From positions 19,688,150 to 19,752,149 of the forward strand of contig NC_134026.1 in the NCBI RefSeq assembly GCF_964204645.1: a stretch of DNA of 64,000 bases, written 5' to 3'. The position numbers and the translations under genes were made by a program. The first letter of the stretch is position 1; each line of letters opens with the position of its first letter. This document shows, piece after piece, positions 27,356-40,600 of this stretch. Below the pieces are notes generated by a model. That model searched no databases. It saw only the letters and a program-made list of their open reading frames with translations, and was not told the DNA's origin. This DNA comes from Tubulanus polymorphus. Its lineage: Eukaryota; Animalia; Nemertea.

Positions 27356-29548
27356 CTACAAAAAAGATTATTTGTCAGTCTCAGGCCAATATCACAGGGA
27401 GGTGTGAGAGAGCACACTGGTTACTGTAAGACCCTACTACATGCAAAAGAAGTGACACATATATGTATATCAATGTGATAGAATTGATTGAAAAAATTGT
27501 GCATAATAGTAGCTAGTGCCCAAAAATAGAACACAGTGTTATTGAAGTGAAAATTTCTAAAATCCTCTGAAGCGGTGCTTATTTGGTAGCTACATGGGTA
27601 TTCTAATTGAATAAGCATAAAGATAAGCGTGCACACACAGTAGCCTATGCATAAACAAGGGCCAGTTTCACCTTCACCTAAAAGTCCTGCAGTGTGAAGA
27701 CTAACTTGTTCACCTAAACCACCTCTACCAGGCTGTGGAAGGCCTAACATCAGGCACTAAATTAAAAGATTCCTCTAAATCAAATTATCTATAAACATCC
27801 TCTTAATTGCAGGCAGACTGATTCAGGGAGGGGTGCAGCCCAAAATAGGGCATACATATCAGTATCATATATAATTAAAAATCAAAAGGGCACCAGATCA
27901 TCAGAAAACATAATACCTATATTTTGGAAGTAGGCCTACAGAGAACATGTTTTGGAATATAAGCTTTTTAAAAATACTTGTTGATATTTTTAATTTTTCC
28001 TTTAAATTTCATTGCGACTTAAAAGTTTTAAGGGGTGTACACCCCTGTATACTCTCCTGATCTGCCCCTGAATTGCCACTTAACAAAATTTCTCAGCTTA
28101 ATTGTTGGCTAACTAGCTCAGTGAAACTGGGACCAGACCTAATGCATACACCCTCAGTGGCCAGGGCCAGGATTAAACAGTTAGGCTACGTATATAAATA
28201 AAGGAATGAAAAGTACTTATCCTGAAATTGGTTAGGCTATCTATCTGCAACAAGAAATACATTTTCATTGACTCTGAATACAGGGAACTACCATTCTTCT
28301 GTTTCGAGGCCTTAAAATTTATTGTTTATTTTTTGTTGCTGGATTTGGAATGGTTGTTGGAATATTTAAGGCCTAGTAGGTGGTGACTGTGTACGGGCAA
28401 CATAGGCCTATACCCAGTGGCATGGCAATGGCATGCCACTGGGTACCCACTACTGCACTATAGTATACTGCCTACGGCTACTGCGACTGGTGGTTCGGTT
28501 GGCAGAAATTACTTTTTAACATGGGGGGGGGGGAGGGGGGAAGTAAGCGTGGATGAAGACAAATTAATTTAGCCGAGTAAGTAGCAAGCAAGTAAAGTAG
28601 TGGCAGTACAGTAGGCCTAGCGACAATGTGAGTGTGGTGGTAACGTGGCCGTGGTGGCAATAACAAGACTCCAAAACTGGCAAAAGCCAAAATTAAAAAG
28701 CCCTGCCGCCGCGCGGTCGCGACGCCTCGCCTGCACCACCGTGTAGGGTAACTCCACGTAATTTCGGAAGACCACGTAATTTCGGAAGTTTTCTTCTACG
28801 GCCTCTCAGCAGTCGCGTAGAGGGAATACCTATTCGGACGAGCTTAAATTTGAAAAAGGGGAGGTAGGTTGGTATTTCCTGGGAATTCCACGGAAATCCG
28901 CGCCGTTTTGATGACGTAGTACGCATTTCTTCCCGGCACACGAAACCAGCGAAGCAGGAGATAAAAATCGGTCATGTAAGTACATTATTGATTGCCCCAT
29001 TTTTACGGCATTTCGCGGCCAGCTGTTATGTAAACACTACTAAGAAGTTCTAGGAAGTAAAAAGTTTGTTTATAAACATTCATTCGCTATTGGAATACGG
29101 TCATTGATGAAATATCAGCGATTTTTAGAAACTCGCTCGCCTACACATAATTTCGGATATCGTATACCCGGTTATTCTGGCTCGTTCACGTAATTTCGGA
29201 AGTTCCGAATTTATGTATAGATGGTATTTGTGTGTGTTTTCTCGGTAGTCTATCATCAAACAGGCCTTTTTCTGAGATAACTGTCACAAAAGAGTGCATA
29301 CTGAAAACAAATGCAAATTGATTCATCATTTTAGCCCCAGAGCCTAGGCCTATAACCTAGTCTCCATAACACAGTTATCAGTAGGCCTAAATTATGAAAA
29401 TGCCATTCTGAGATCAGGTTGTAACTAATAACATGTGATGATATTTACTAAGGAAAATAATTAAGGCTTATTTATAAAAGAAAATGAATTCATTTTATTA
29501 TTATTTTTATAATCAACATGATATTTACAATGTTTTTTATTTTTAAGT

Positions 29549-32500
29549 ATGTCAAAAGTGTATCGGCGTTGGACAGAAGTGCAAATGGGTGAAGCTGTTG
29601 AGGCTGTTCAGAATGGGATGTCAATATTATCGGCAGCAAAAAACTTTGGCGTACCAAAATCAACATTACATGACCGAATAAGTGGGAAAATTCCTGCAGG
29701 AAGGAAACTAGGTCGACCGACGAATCTGTCTGAGGCAGATGAATCAAAACTTGCGGATTTCGCGAAAAACCGTGCAGACCTCGGTTACGGTTTTTCAAAG
29801 GGAAATCTATTGAAATATGCGGGTGATCTCGCCTTAAAAAGGGGGACACCATTTAAACAGGTAGGCCAACGATTTTCACTAAAAGGTTGTTGTTTATCCC
29901 TTATAATTAATACTGGTATATATATTTTACTTTTAGATTATCCCGAGTGACCAGTTCTGGGCTGGCTTTAAAACTAGAAACCCCACTGTTGCACTCCGAA
30001 AGCCAGAGGGCACTGCGGCAATCCGACATCAGTGCATGAATGTTAAGAAGGTTGGAATGTTCTTTAGATCGGCCACAAAAGTATTGCTAAATGCTCAACC
30101 GATGCATATTTGGAATCTCGATGAAACTGGCGTTCAGTTTTCTCATGTCCCCGGAAAAATTGTTGCACGGTAGGCTTTGAACTAAATTAGCCTATCATTT
30201 AAATACTTCAACTGTTGGTCTATAAATAGCCCTTATCAAACCCAAGTTATTAAGCCCAGCAATATTCTAATGAGTTGTTGAAGTATTTTTAATTTCCGAC
30301 TATCAGCAATCATCCAGATACAGAAACTCAATACCACAGTCATAAAACAACAGATTTAGGAATGAACGTTATAACGATGAAAATTTTATTTTCAAAACTC
30401 TTATTTACAGAAAAGGGAGCAAGTATGTTCAATCTCGAATCAGCGGCAATCGCGAAACAGTTACGATCATGGCATGTGGAAATGCTGCTGGGCAGATGCT
30501 GGCCCCTAACGTTATTTTTAAGGGCAAGACGGCAGCATCATTACTCTCAGTTGACACAATGAACGCACCGGCAGGTACGACAGTTTCTGTATCGGAGAGT
30601 GGTTGGACGAAACAGGTAATTAGTTGTCAGTCACATTTTGAATCAGGCTCCTGAAGTGAAAAGCATTGTCAAATTTCATGTATTCATGATTTCAACAGGG
30701 AATTGCAACGATTTGGTTTAAGAAAAATTTTTTACCTGCTATTGGAGCGGCTCGTCCACAGATTTTGATATCCGATGGACATAACAGCCACAATTTTCTT
30801 GAATTGGTCGAGCTGGCAAGAGAAAATGGAGTAACACTGTTAGAATTACCAGAACATACCTCACATTGGTTGCAACCTTTAGATCGGTAAACACACTTCT
30901 TACAGATTTTATTAAAGAATACATCTTCCAATGAAATTAGACCTCAACTGACTAATTAATGTTTCACTTTCTTTGAAGATCATGCTTTAAGACATTGAAA
31001 GCATCATGGAATCGCCTATGTTTGAATTTTCATAACGAAAATCCGGGACGTATAGTGAACAAAAGTTGTTTCTTTGAGATCTTCAGACCAACATGGCTCA
31101 GTATAACCCCGGAGAACCTTATAAATGGTTTTCGAGCATGTGGTCTTTTTCCATTCAATCCCGAGATCATTCCCAAGGAAGCTTTTTTACCATCAAGCAC
31201 AAGAGTTGCTGATGTGGTGAGTTACTGAATAATAAGTAACCCGTATTGCCCTTAATTGAGGTTAACTGTACCTACATGTTTTTTTTTATAATGGGTTATA
31301 GGTATCAGATCCTACAATTGAAACGATGCAAGATCCATTTTCAGGATTATCGAAGGTATTTTTCTCGTAAAACTTGCACAAAAATCTAAAATATATCTAA
31401 GAGAACCTAGTTCCATATATATTATCAAATGTAAAGATGAAAAAAAAAAATTTTCTTCACATTACTTTTTACTTAGGAATCTGCATCTAATGTATTGACA
31501 ACAGTTGAAAAACCATTTCGTGAGGTGTGAATAGTGATTTAATTTCACTTCAACTTTTTTATGATTAATTTAATTTGTTTAGATTGTTTTTGGACTAATG
31601 ACCTGTTCGAGTGTTTGTTGCATTGTGTGTTACAGTTTCTAACCTTTTTCATGATCATTGATTTTTTCAGTCTCTCAAGTCCAAGCACAATATATCCTTT
31701 TCAAAATGATAATTGCAGATTTTATTGATGATTTCAAATGGATGAGATATTTTAATTTGTGAATTGTTTTATAATCTTCTCAATCAGTGGTTGACCATAT
31801 TATTTTGTAGACACTGCCTATAACTATCGATGGTCATTCCATTGCCTTAAAGGCAATGGAATCAGCCATTTCCTCGGAAATGAAGAAAAAATTTGAAGAA
31901 CGATACACCGAAGGCTGTGACTTGACTAATGATGCACTGTATTCAGCATGGAAAATTTTGAAAACTAAATCATCAGCTGAAGTTATCGATAGCTTCCCGA
32001 TCGAAAATAACTCATCCCCAGGTAAGAGTTAAGATCATTTTTAAAATAATGATAATACTTATTCGCCATGTAAATATGCAGTATAAATAATATATAATTA
32101 CAAACAAATTGCATATACTTACTGATTAATTTTGATGTACTTAGCTGATCCCGACAATGATGTGCTGGATTATCCCGTACTGATGCCAACTGAAAAGAAA
32201 AGAAAACGCGATGATAAGCGTTATTTCATTCTAACTGCGGATGATGCATATGCAAATGCGGTTTCAAAACAGAAGTTGAAAGAACAAAAAGAAAAGGAAA
32301 AACTAGAAAGAAGGAAAAAGAAATGTTTGACAACGGTAAGTTTAAGAACAGTTCTACGATTCATATCAAACGGTGAAAAACACACATCATAAAGAAATTA
32401 ATTCAATAATTAATAAAAACTCTTGCAGGCTTCAACAAGACCACAAAATGGAACTTGCTCCATTAATCCTGTAAGTTGAAAAAGATCTCTTGAAATGAGC

Positions 32501-33286
32501 AAATTTAATGAAAATAATATTCATACTTTGTATTCCTTTATTGTTCAGGCTCCATCAAGACCAGACAAGGAAAAATTAGCCGTAGTTCATGTGAGTAAAA
32601 AAATATGTTATATGTGTTCACTTTCGTCAGTTTATTTGTAATATGAGTAACTGAGGTACCCGGTAACCGGTAGGCTAAAATTATATATAAGTTTATTGAA
32701 CAAAAATTAAACCGTTTAATTAAAATTTCATATTGAGAATGGCTATAATGTGTAATTCTGAATTTCAGGATCCTGTGCCTGAGACAAGTGGTGTCAACAT
32801 GGTTTACGAAATCAACATAAGGTAAATAACTTGCTGCGCTTCTAAATATAAAATATAAATATCTAGTCACTAGTGATGAATAATTTATTTGTACCGGGGT
32901 ACTTACTTTGTAGTGAAGGTTCATATATTGCCCTTTATCAGGAAGGTGAGAAGCGCAGGAAGCACTTATACTTTGGAGTGGTATGTATTAATCGGCTGAA
33001 TTATTTTATCTGAAAGGAAAAATACAATTCTCCTGTGATTGTTATGTTTAACTGCTTGCAGATTCTAGAGATATTGGACTTCGGAGAAGTAATATCCGTT
33101 CAGTTTCTTGAACAACACTGCAAGAAAAATTTATTCGTTTGGCCCGATGTGGATATTATCGAAGAGCATCCCGTTGAGAATGTACTGAACAACTTGAAAC
33201 CGCCTGAGGTGGTAAATACGAGGATGCAGATGGCATTTCAAGTTGATGAATTTTCAAAGACTTGCGATTTGTTCGCTTGCATGTAA
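29549..33286 (+). CDS. pogo-type transposase (HTH_psq + CENP-B/Tc5 HTH + DDE_1) split into ~14-15 exons
   Basis: Exon 29549-29860 HTH_psq ([36 protein letters not shown]); 29937-30169 IWNLDETG; 30411-30615 [10 protein letters not shown]...PNVIFKGK...SGW; 30699-30886 SDGHNSH...[13 protein letters not shown] (35 residues between D2 and D3); 30979-31216 [12 protein letters not shown]. The small downstream exons to the stop at 33286 are less certain. Confidence 0.88.
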
Positions 33287-33344
33287 TAGGCTTACTACGT
33301 TTTGTTACGTAGAGAGGCCTTAAAGTTGTATTGCTATTGTATTG

Positions 33345-33555
33345 TATATACGTGTGTGCGTGTGCGTGTATCTATGTATGTGTGTATGTATTTATGTATG
33401 TGTGTATGTATTTATGTATGCGTGTATGTAGTTACCAAGTATTTATGTATATATTTATGTATGTGTGTATGTATGTATGTATTTACCAAGTATTTATGTA
33501 TGTGTGTATGTATTTATGTATGTATGTATGTGTATATATGTAGGCCTATGTATGT
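33345..33555. repeat. (TATG)n/(TG)n compound microsatellite in the pogo 3' region
   Basis: Directly visible low-complexity repeat. Confidence 0.9.
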
Positions 33556-34608
33556 TTGTTTTTTGTTACTCTTTTTGTTACTCATCTAGTCTTAAAAATG
33601 TTTATAAATAGTGCAATAAAAATTTATTACTTTCTGTTACGCCTTTTAGGCCTACATTACATGTTAGTTAATCAGTTTATTACATGTACCTTCTCGACGG
33701 TTGCTGCATTTCTAACGGTCTTCCTTTTATCTTGGTGAATTGGGATTACCATATCCACCATCTAGTAGGCTGTAGAAATTCATACAATTGCTGGAAATTC
33801 CACTCGGATAAAAAAAATATTTATGGGATTCGAACCCAAATGGTGTCTTGTCCCTAGATGTTTCTGATCTAACCAGCTGTTACTAAATGCTGCCACCCCT
33901 GTAGAAGCAATTAGTATAACCCAAATACGTTCTAGCCTAGTTTCATAGAACGCATACACAAAAATAACGAATATATGCATTTCCGAATTTATGTTGACTA
34001 TTTCCGAAATTACGTAACCCGGGCTTCCGAAATTATGTTGTCTCTATAAATGTCTCATACTGGTAAGTTATTTTAATGGATATATTTCAAATCGATTCTG
34101 GAGTAATATTTGGAAGCAGAAATATCAGGCTGTAAAAATATCCACCTTCCAACGGCATTTGTTCATGTCGAAAATCATCCGTCAAAACAGCGCATCCGAA
34201 AATACCTTCCGAAATTACGTGGAGTTACCCTACGATCCTCGCGGCGTTCACCAGTGTTACCCAGTGAGTTTTTTATAATCTTGCAATCTACCTCTTTTTT
34301 CAAACCAATATTCCCACCAACTGGTCCGGAGACAAGCTTAACACGTTCGGAAAACATGATTCACAATCTTTTAATCAACAGCCAGCAAGAATACACTTGA
34401 CAGAAAATTCAAATTCAGCGGTTAACCGTTAAAAGTGAGTTGTTTAGCTGTGGGAGTAACAAAAAGGCGATCTTGATGACGTCACTAGCCATCGACCAAA
34501 ACAGGCTTTCAACCTTTTGCGATTTTGACAAATAAAATCGTTTTCTGGCGCGATTTCGATAGAATTTACCGACTTAGGAACCTCTCGTGGTCGAGTAGTT
34601 TGTTAAGA

Positions 34609-37600
34609 ATGTCGTTATTCGGAAAGAGGAAGGGCAAGAAGAAAGATTCGCCGCTTCAGGAACAACCGCCGTCTATGATGGACGGCGAATATGGCACCAC
34701 ACCCCAAAATCACCAGCAACAACAACAGCAACACGCTAATGGGTCTGCATCATCAGCAGCCGCGACAGGAGCAGCAGCAGAAGGCGACATGAACAAGGCA
34801 AGGCCAAAATTCCAGTTCCACTGCCAATTGGCGCAGGGCAGTCCGACCGGTATTATTAGCGGATTCACAAATGTTAAAGAACTCTATTTGAAGATTTCTG
34901 AATGTTACGGAATCGATGTGAAAATGGTAAGCATACTCCATGCCGATGAACAGGTTTACTTCCTTGTTTGTTTCTTGGAAAAATATGTATTTCTTTAATT
35001 TGATTCATTGACAAATATAAATGGTGTAGTTGGCCTAATAATAGCCTATTCATTATCAATCATGTATTCATCCATTCCATGCAGTAAAAGTGGTAGAACT
35101 TTTGGTATGAACTGCCGTACTCTTTAAGCCTGTTTCCATAGACTGTTGATATGACTGCAAGTAGAAACCCTCTTGTCCGGATCAGTCTTCTTTCACTTTC
35201 AATGAAGCCTAATCTGGACCATGAAAGTCTGATTCCATTGACTCTTATAGACTACTTTTACAATCCATTGTCTCCAGATGAGTCCAATTTCGTCCATTGA
35301 TCCAGATATTACTCTCAGCCCACCTATAAGCCTAACTTAAATAAATGTGAAATAGTGTTAAACCTGATTGGCATTCAGGAATTTGCGTCTCAGGAAATTC
35401 ACACGAAAAATCCTCATTATCATACGTAGCCTAATACTAATAGCTCATTGCCAGTTGATTTCTATGTAGGCCTATTACAAGTTTGTTATTCTGTAGTAAA
35501 CTCCAGGGTCCCTACAGGTCCTTGATTCCTTGTAAACCCCAATCTAAAAGAATATTTTTCAAGGTCCTTGTCGAATAGGCCTACCCTTTGATTTGAGTGA
35601 AGTGTCCAAAAGTCCTAGAAAACTCCTTGAATTTTGAGAATGGGAATTGGCAATCGGAAATTTAGGAAATTCACGCTGTAGGCAAACTTGTTCCTGTGTT
35701 AGTTTGTGTCTTTCACTGATTCTTTACTCAAAATCTTAGAAAAATATCCGGGTTCTTTCACTTGCGGGTTTGGATAGAATTTGGCATGCGGTTCTGTCAT
35801 TTTCATAGAGCCTAACAAATACTTGGGAATTTCATATAGGACGATGGTTATTTCTGTACAAAATTATGTAGTTCATCCAAAGCTGATGGGTGCAACTCCC
35901 ACCGCAACTGTTCTCGTGTAGACGAAGAAAAGAGCCAGGGAGTGGATTCGGGTGATTTTAGAGTAATGGGTGGCAGATTCAGGTGGTTCGAGTGCTAATG
36001 GGTTAATGAGGATTTCTCCTTTTCCTGAGCCCAGACAGTTACTGTAAAGTATAATGGTCCCGTTTGTCGACATCAGTTAACCGCCTATGTTACTGTACCA
36101 TTTGGAAAATATGTGTTAACGTGAAAAATCGGTAGAATTGGTATTTTAATGTGAAAAAGCGTGAAGAAAACCATGTGCAAAATGTGGTGTGCGAACTATC
36201 TAGGGTTCATCAATCCTTGCTGCCACTGCCGGTCCAGTCTTCTGTGACACGAGGTCGTTTCATCCGATGAGTAGATATCCGAGAATCAATCATATTGAGC
36301 ACTGTCTTCTGTGGCAGGGGTTCATTCATACCATGTGCGAAATCGAGTGTAATTTCATGAATCGGCCTTACGTGTCAGTTTTCATCAATTCAGCAGAAGC
36401 TGGTTTATAAAATGGGCCTTTTAGCTAACTACCATGGTAACAATGCTGATCAAAACCACGAAGCCTTTGTCATTGAAATTAAGTATTCATATTGATTATT
36501 ACGAAAATTCGTAATAGTTTCTACCTAATTCGATTTGTTGATTCAGCTAGAATAACAATGTTTCATAAGCCTAATAATAGCTTCACCATCTCATTCAGCT
36601 TCACCCCCATGGTCCTTTCTGAATATTCTTCAGACTGTGGAGATAGCCTATGTTCTTCAAATCACGTTGTAAAAAAGAGTTGTATTGACAAAGTAAACAG
36701 ATTGTTGGTTTCAATTGCCCTCAATCATGTGAAGCTATCCAACAAATAGGGTCTGAATTTCTGAAAATCATTCCATAAACACGGAGAACAGTGGCCGCGA
36801 GTTTTAGCATCAACTCAGATTTTCCGTGGCATGGAAACTTCGTGTTTGGTTTCTTGATGCTGTTTTGCCTGTCAAAACCGTACCTTAATCCAACTGAATG
36901 CAGCCCCTCGTACAATCAACAATTCATTTTGGAATAGATGACACTCATATACAACACATCAAGATGCTTGTGTATTAGATACATGTGTCTCGGCGCTACC
37001 GTCATAAGTTTGACGTGTGCGGATGTTTATTGATCGGTTAAATTTAGATCGAAATATAGCAATAAAAAGCAGTGACTATATATTGTTGGAGCGATTCAAG
37101 GTTCTAGACGTAGGTGCTTTGGGAATGGTTCCTCCGTCAGTCCTATCTGTGAGCTGGTAGACCTTTCTTCGTACTATCCACCTGTCGTTAAGGCCTGCGG
37201 TTTATCCTGGAGCAAGATCTGAGGGTGTTGCCAAATATTTTTAAAGAGTAATTAATGAGAAAAGAAGCAGTGCCGTTTTGACCCATTAGGCCTGCGGGAT
37301 TTCTAACAAAATTGTGCATTTTTATAAAAAAATGCCCTTTTATGTTTTATTTCTTTTTCAACAAAATAATATTTTGCCCTTTTTGAAAAAAAACCCTTCA
37401 GTTCAATGGACACTCAAAATTTCGAGGGTCTTACTGAAGTCTTGTAAGCCTGCTTAGAGCTAGTGTCAGTCATAGATAGTGTTAGGCTAAATTAGAACGT
37501 TCAGTTCGTCAGGAGATACATGTATTTCATTTAGACAGGCGTGGCCACACGCAGTCTTGTGGGTCTCTTACGATATTCTCAGATACTGCTGCGAGTTTTT

Positions 37601-40600
37601 CTTTTTTACAAACTAACTCAATGTCCTTCTGCACACGGATTCTTATTTAAACTTCGCTTTAGAAATCGATAGGATAAGGAAAAGATTTTCGCTTTTGAAA
37701 ATGCTGTACAATGCAGATGAGTATGAGCAACGTTTCACCTACTAGCCATCATCAGGCGTACTGATGAATTGTTGTATTTCTCACGTATATCTAACCCATC
37801 TACAAATTTTCAAGTTCGACCCCTTGATAACTAATATGCCTTTTCAGTTATGAAAAAATGCCATTGAATGTGTCACAAGACCTTCAAATGTAGGCAAGGA
37901 TCAGCCCCTATTAGATAAAGCTGAGTTTCATGATATGGGCCGATTATTATGGGGGGATCATTGTTATAATGTAGTCACATAGAGGGTGTTGTTCGGAAAA
38001 TGTTTATACAAGCCATAATCTTGTTGACCACTACTGACTGATTATGAGTCCGTGCGGCCATCGTGTAATCAAAGCGGCTTTCGAAAACACCTGTACAAGA
38101 CGTGAATATACGAATGTTAATCATATTCTTCGTCTCTCTCATACACGCGCGCGACTCAATTCATCCTCGATTTCTGACCACACCCTGACTAGTCTATATC
38201 GACACCGCGCAGAGCCGTAGTCGTACCTGAAGGTTTGATCTGATACACCGCGCATCATCACCTATAATAAGCCACGCGTCGCGGTGGTGGCACAGCTCCT
38301 CGATACACCGCTCTAGTTTATGTTGCCGCGGTGATGTACGGCACCGACGCATGCACCGAGTACAGACGGATACGTCGATTTCGCGTTAATTATCGCGATT
38401 GCCTAATTAGAACGTTTTGCGGGCGTCGTCCACCCTGCCCTTCGCCCCTCTCGCCCCACCCGCTATCTTTATGGTCGTTTGATTTGAAATGTATGAGGAT
38501 TTGTATTTCAGCCTCTTCCGAATAAATGCATTTTTACTGGCCTTGTTGATACCATTTAGGCCTATTAGCATTTATTGGTGAACGTTAGTCTTTAATGGAG
38601 TTCATCCATATAAAACTTTTTCGGCCATGTTTTTAAAGTCCCGGGCGAACTTCGGTTTTCGTAGCTAGTCGACTAGTGGTCGGAACTGATAACCGAAAGC
38701 ACTGTATGATTATAATGATAGTTCGTTCATAATGCATTTCACAAATGTTGACCATCTTGAACCTAGCATCGAACTACAGCAACTGTGGCATGCTCAATCA
38801 TGGTCGGCTATTTTCGGACCATAGTCTAGAGATAATAAGTTTTCTGATTTGAAATGGATTTCTGGTTTTTCGAATTTCCAACTTTTGACGCAATCGAATG
38901 AGACACTCTTGCTCTGGCATGAGCAGCCATCGGCCTTTGTTTCTTTGGGGGTTTCACCATTTTCAGGGTTTTGCCACTTATAACTAACTCTGTATAGTTC
39001 TGACCAACTGATTTTCGGTTTCATTTATTTCGACTGTATTTGACTAACTCTGATAACCGAAGTTGACCCAGTTCGTATGTGAATATTCTTCAAATTGAGT
39101 TTCTGTAGATACGTAATCAAAATCAGTTGTGTACAAGGCACAGTGTGATCAGTTCGATTGTTAAAAAAATAATCTGAAACATGGCTTCGCACTCCTTGGG
39201 TTTCATTGCTGTAGCCATTAGCCCCAACCCCCCCCTCCCGCCGTTCTCGCTATCTAGGGTTCAGGATTGCCTACGGCTAAAGCTCCTGCCAAACAAACCC
39301 TGGCTATGTCGAGAACGACATGTGTTGGTTCTCTTATATGATTTGTTGATGTTCCTCTTAAATGATTGGTTGCTGTTTCGCGCCATGTGTACTATACTGT
39401 AACCTACACTGTACATAATAAAGTTAGATGCTGTTTAGATTCACAAAATACAACATGCTCGTCGACTTTGCTCCTTCGGAACTGGTCAACTCTCTGTGGT
39501 GACAGTCACTCCATCACAGGCTACAGTTTCTATAGCACGCCAAACCCCCAATTCCCCCACGTCTACTACAGAGAAGTGCTTTTTCTGATCCTTTATGATG
39601 CAGGCTATATGCAGGAATAGATTTTTAAGGCGCATTTCCACATAGTAGAAAGTTTTGATTAATTCCAGACCCGTGATCTTGACTCTACCCGTTTTCTTGC
39701 TCTCAGCTTATATATCTGAATTGTCAATTCTGTAGTATTACGGAGTAGGTCAGCTGGCAGTGGTTTTTCAATTGGCTAGAGGTGTGATAAAGCCGATACA
39801 CTATTCATGACGCGTATGTAGATAACATGTCATTGCAGAAAGTGACAATGTTTGTCACCCTGTGCATCAAAAGGATGGACAAATCGTTATTTTTCCTAAA
39901 TTCTCGATAACACATGTCTTGGCAGTTTTTATGCAACCATACAAGTAAATATGAACAAAAGTTCTCGTAATTCAAAATGAACATGTTCATTTCGGTCTCA
40001 AATTCAATAGGCCTCTAGCTGAGATGGAGCTCAGCTCTCAAGTTTATCGATTCTGCCAAATTGACTAGATGGGCATCTGACGAGATCATATTCGGTCTTA
40101 ATAGTTACCACCTCTCCGCCTTCAAAAATAGAAATCTTAACACATAGTCAGTAGAGAATCTTAAGGCTTTTCTATAAGTGGTGCTCAGTCCTGAAGGTAA
40201 TTTCAACCTTCCCCGTCATTCACTACTTCATACTCATGAACTGCCTAAGAAACTAATAACCAAAACAGAATTGCTCCGGGAACACTTGAAGTCATGGTCC
40301 ATAAGGTAGTCCTACTCTACGTGGTCCAGGTACAAATAATGAAATTCTGAACTCGATCCCCAGCCCCAGTTTTCCAATTGTCTTAATTTACCTAAGTGTA
40401 CGGTTCGAAGCCCAGTACTAAGATGATTCAAACTTTAAAGAATTTATTGAGGCCATACAATGAATATCTTTTTTGTAAACTTTGCTTTTTCCCTCATGCT
40501 TTCTGCGTTCTTCAATAGGCCTATATGGCAATTACATAGCCTATGCATTATCTATGCATTACTAAGCGTTATCAGACTATGAGGTTATGTTTAGACTTCG

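Larger units (their letters stand above)
28746..34230 (+). mobile_element. pogo-superfamily (DD35D, Fot/Passer-like) transposon nested in the MULE, 5,485 bp
   Basis: 25-bp perfect TIRs GGGTAACTCCACGTAATTTCGGAAG (28746-28770; 34206-34230); TA on both sides (28744-45, 34231-32); subterminal repeats of C(G/A)TAA(T/A)TTCGGA near 28773, 29147, 29187, 29203, 33981, 34002 and 34025. Confidence 0.93.
17270..34520 (-). mobile_element. Giant Mutator-like (MULE) DNA transposon, 17,251 bp
   Basis: 44-bp TIRs at 17270-17313 (GCAAAAGGTTGAAAGCCTGTTTTGGTCGATGGCGAGTGACGTCA) and 34477-34520, one mismatch; perfect 9-bp direct repeat GATTTTGAC at 17261-17269 and 34521-34529; G...C termini; internal MULE DDE+SWIM transposase. 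Confidence 0.93.

Noticed and set aside
33302-33589. Cys/Val/Tyr/Met-rich ORFs
   Set aside because: Translations of the (TATG)n/(TG)n microsatellite.
17270-34520. Polinton/Maverick or endogenous virus (17 kb, TIRs, cysteine protease)
   Set aside because: The TSD is 9 bp rather than 6, no pPolB, retroviral-type integrase, ATPase or capsid ORF is visible, and the catalytic domain is MULE-type with SWIM.
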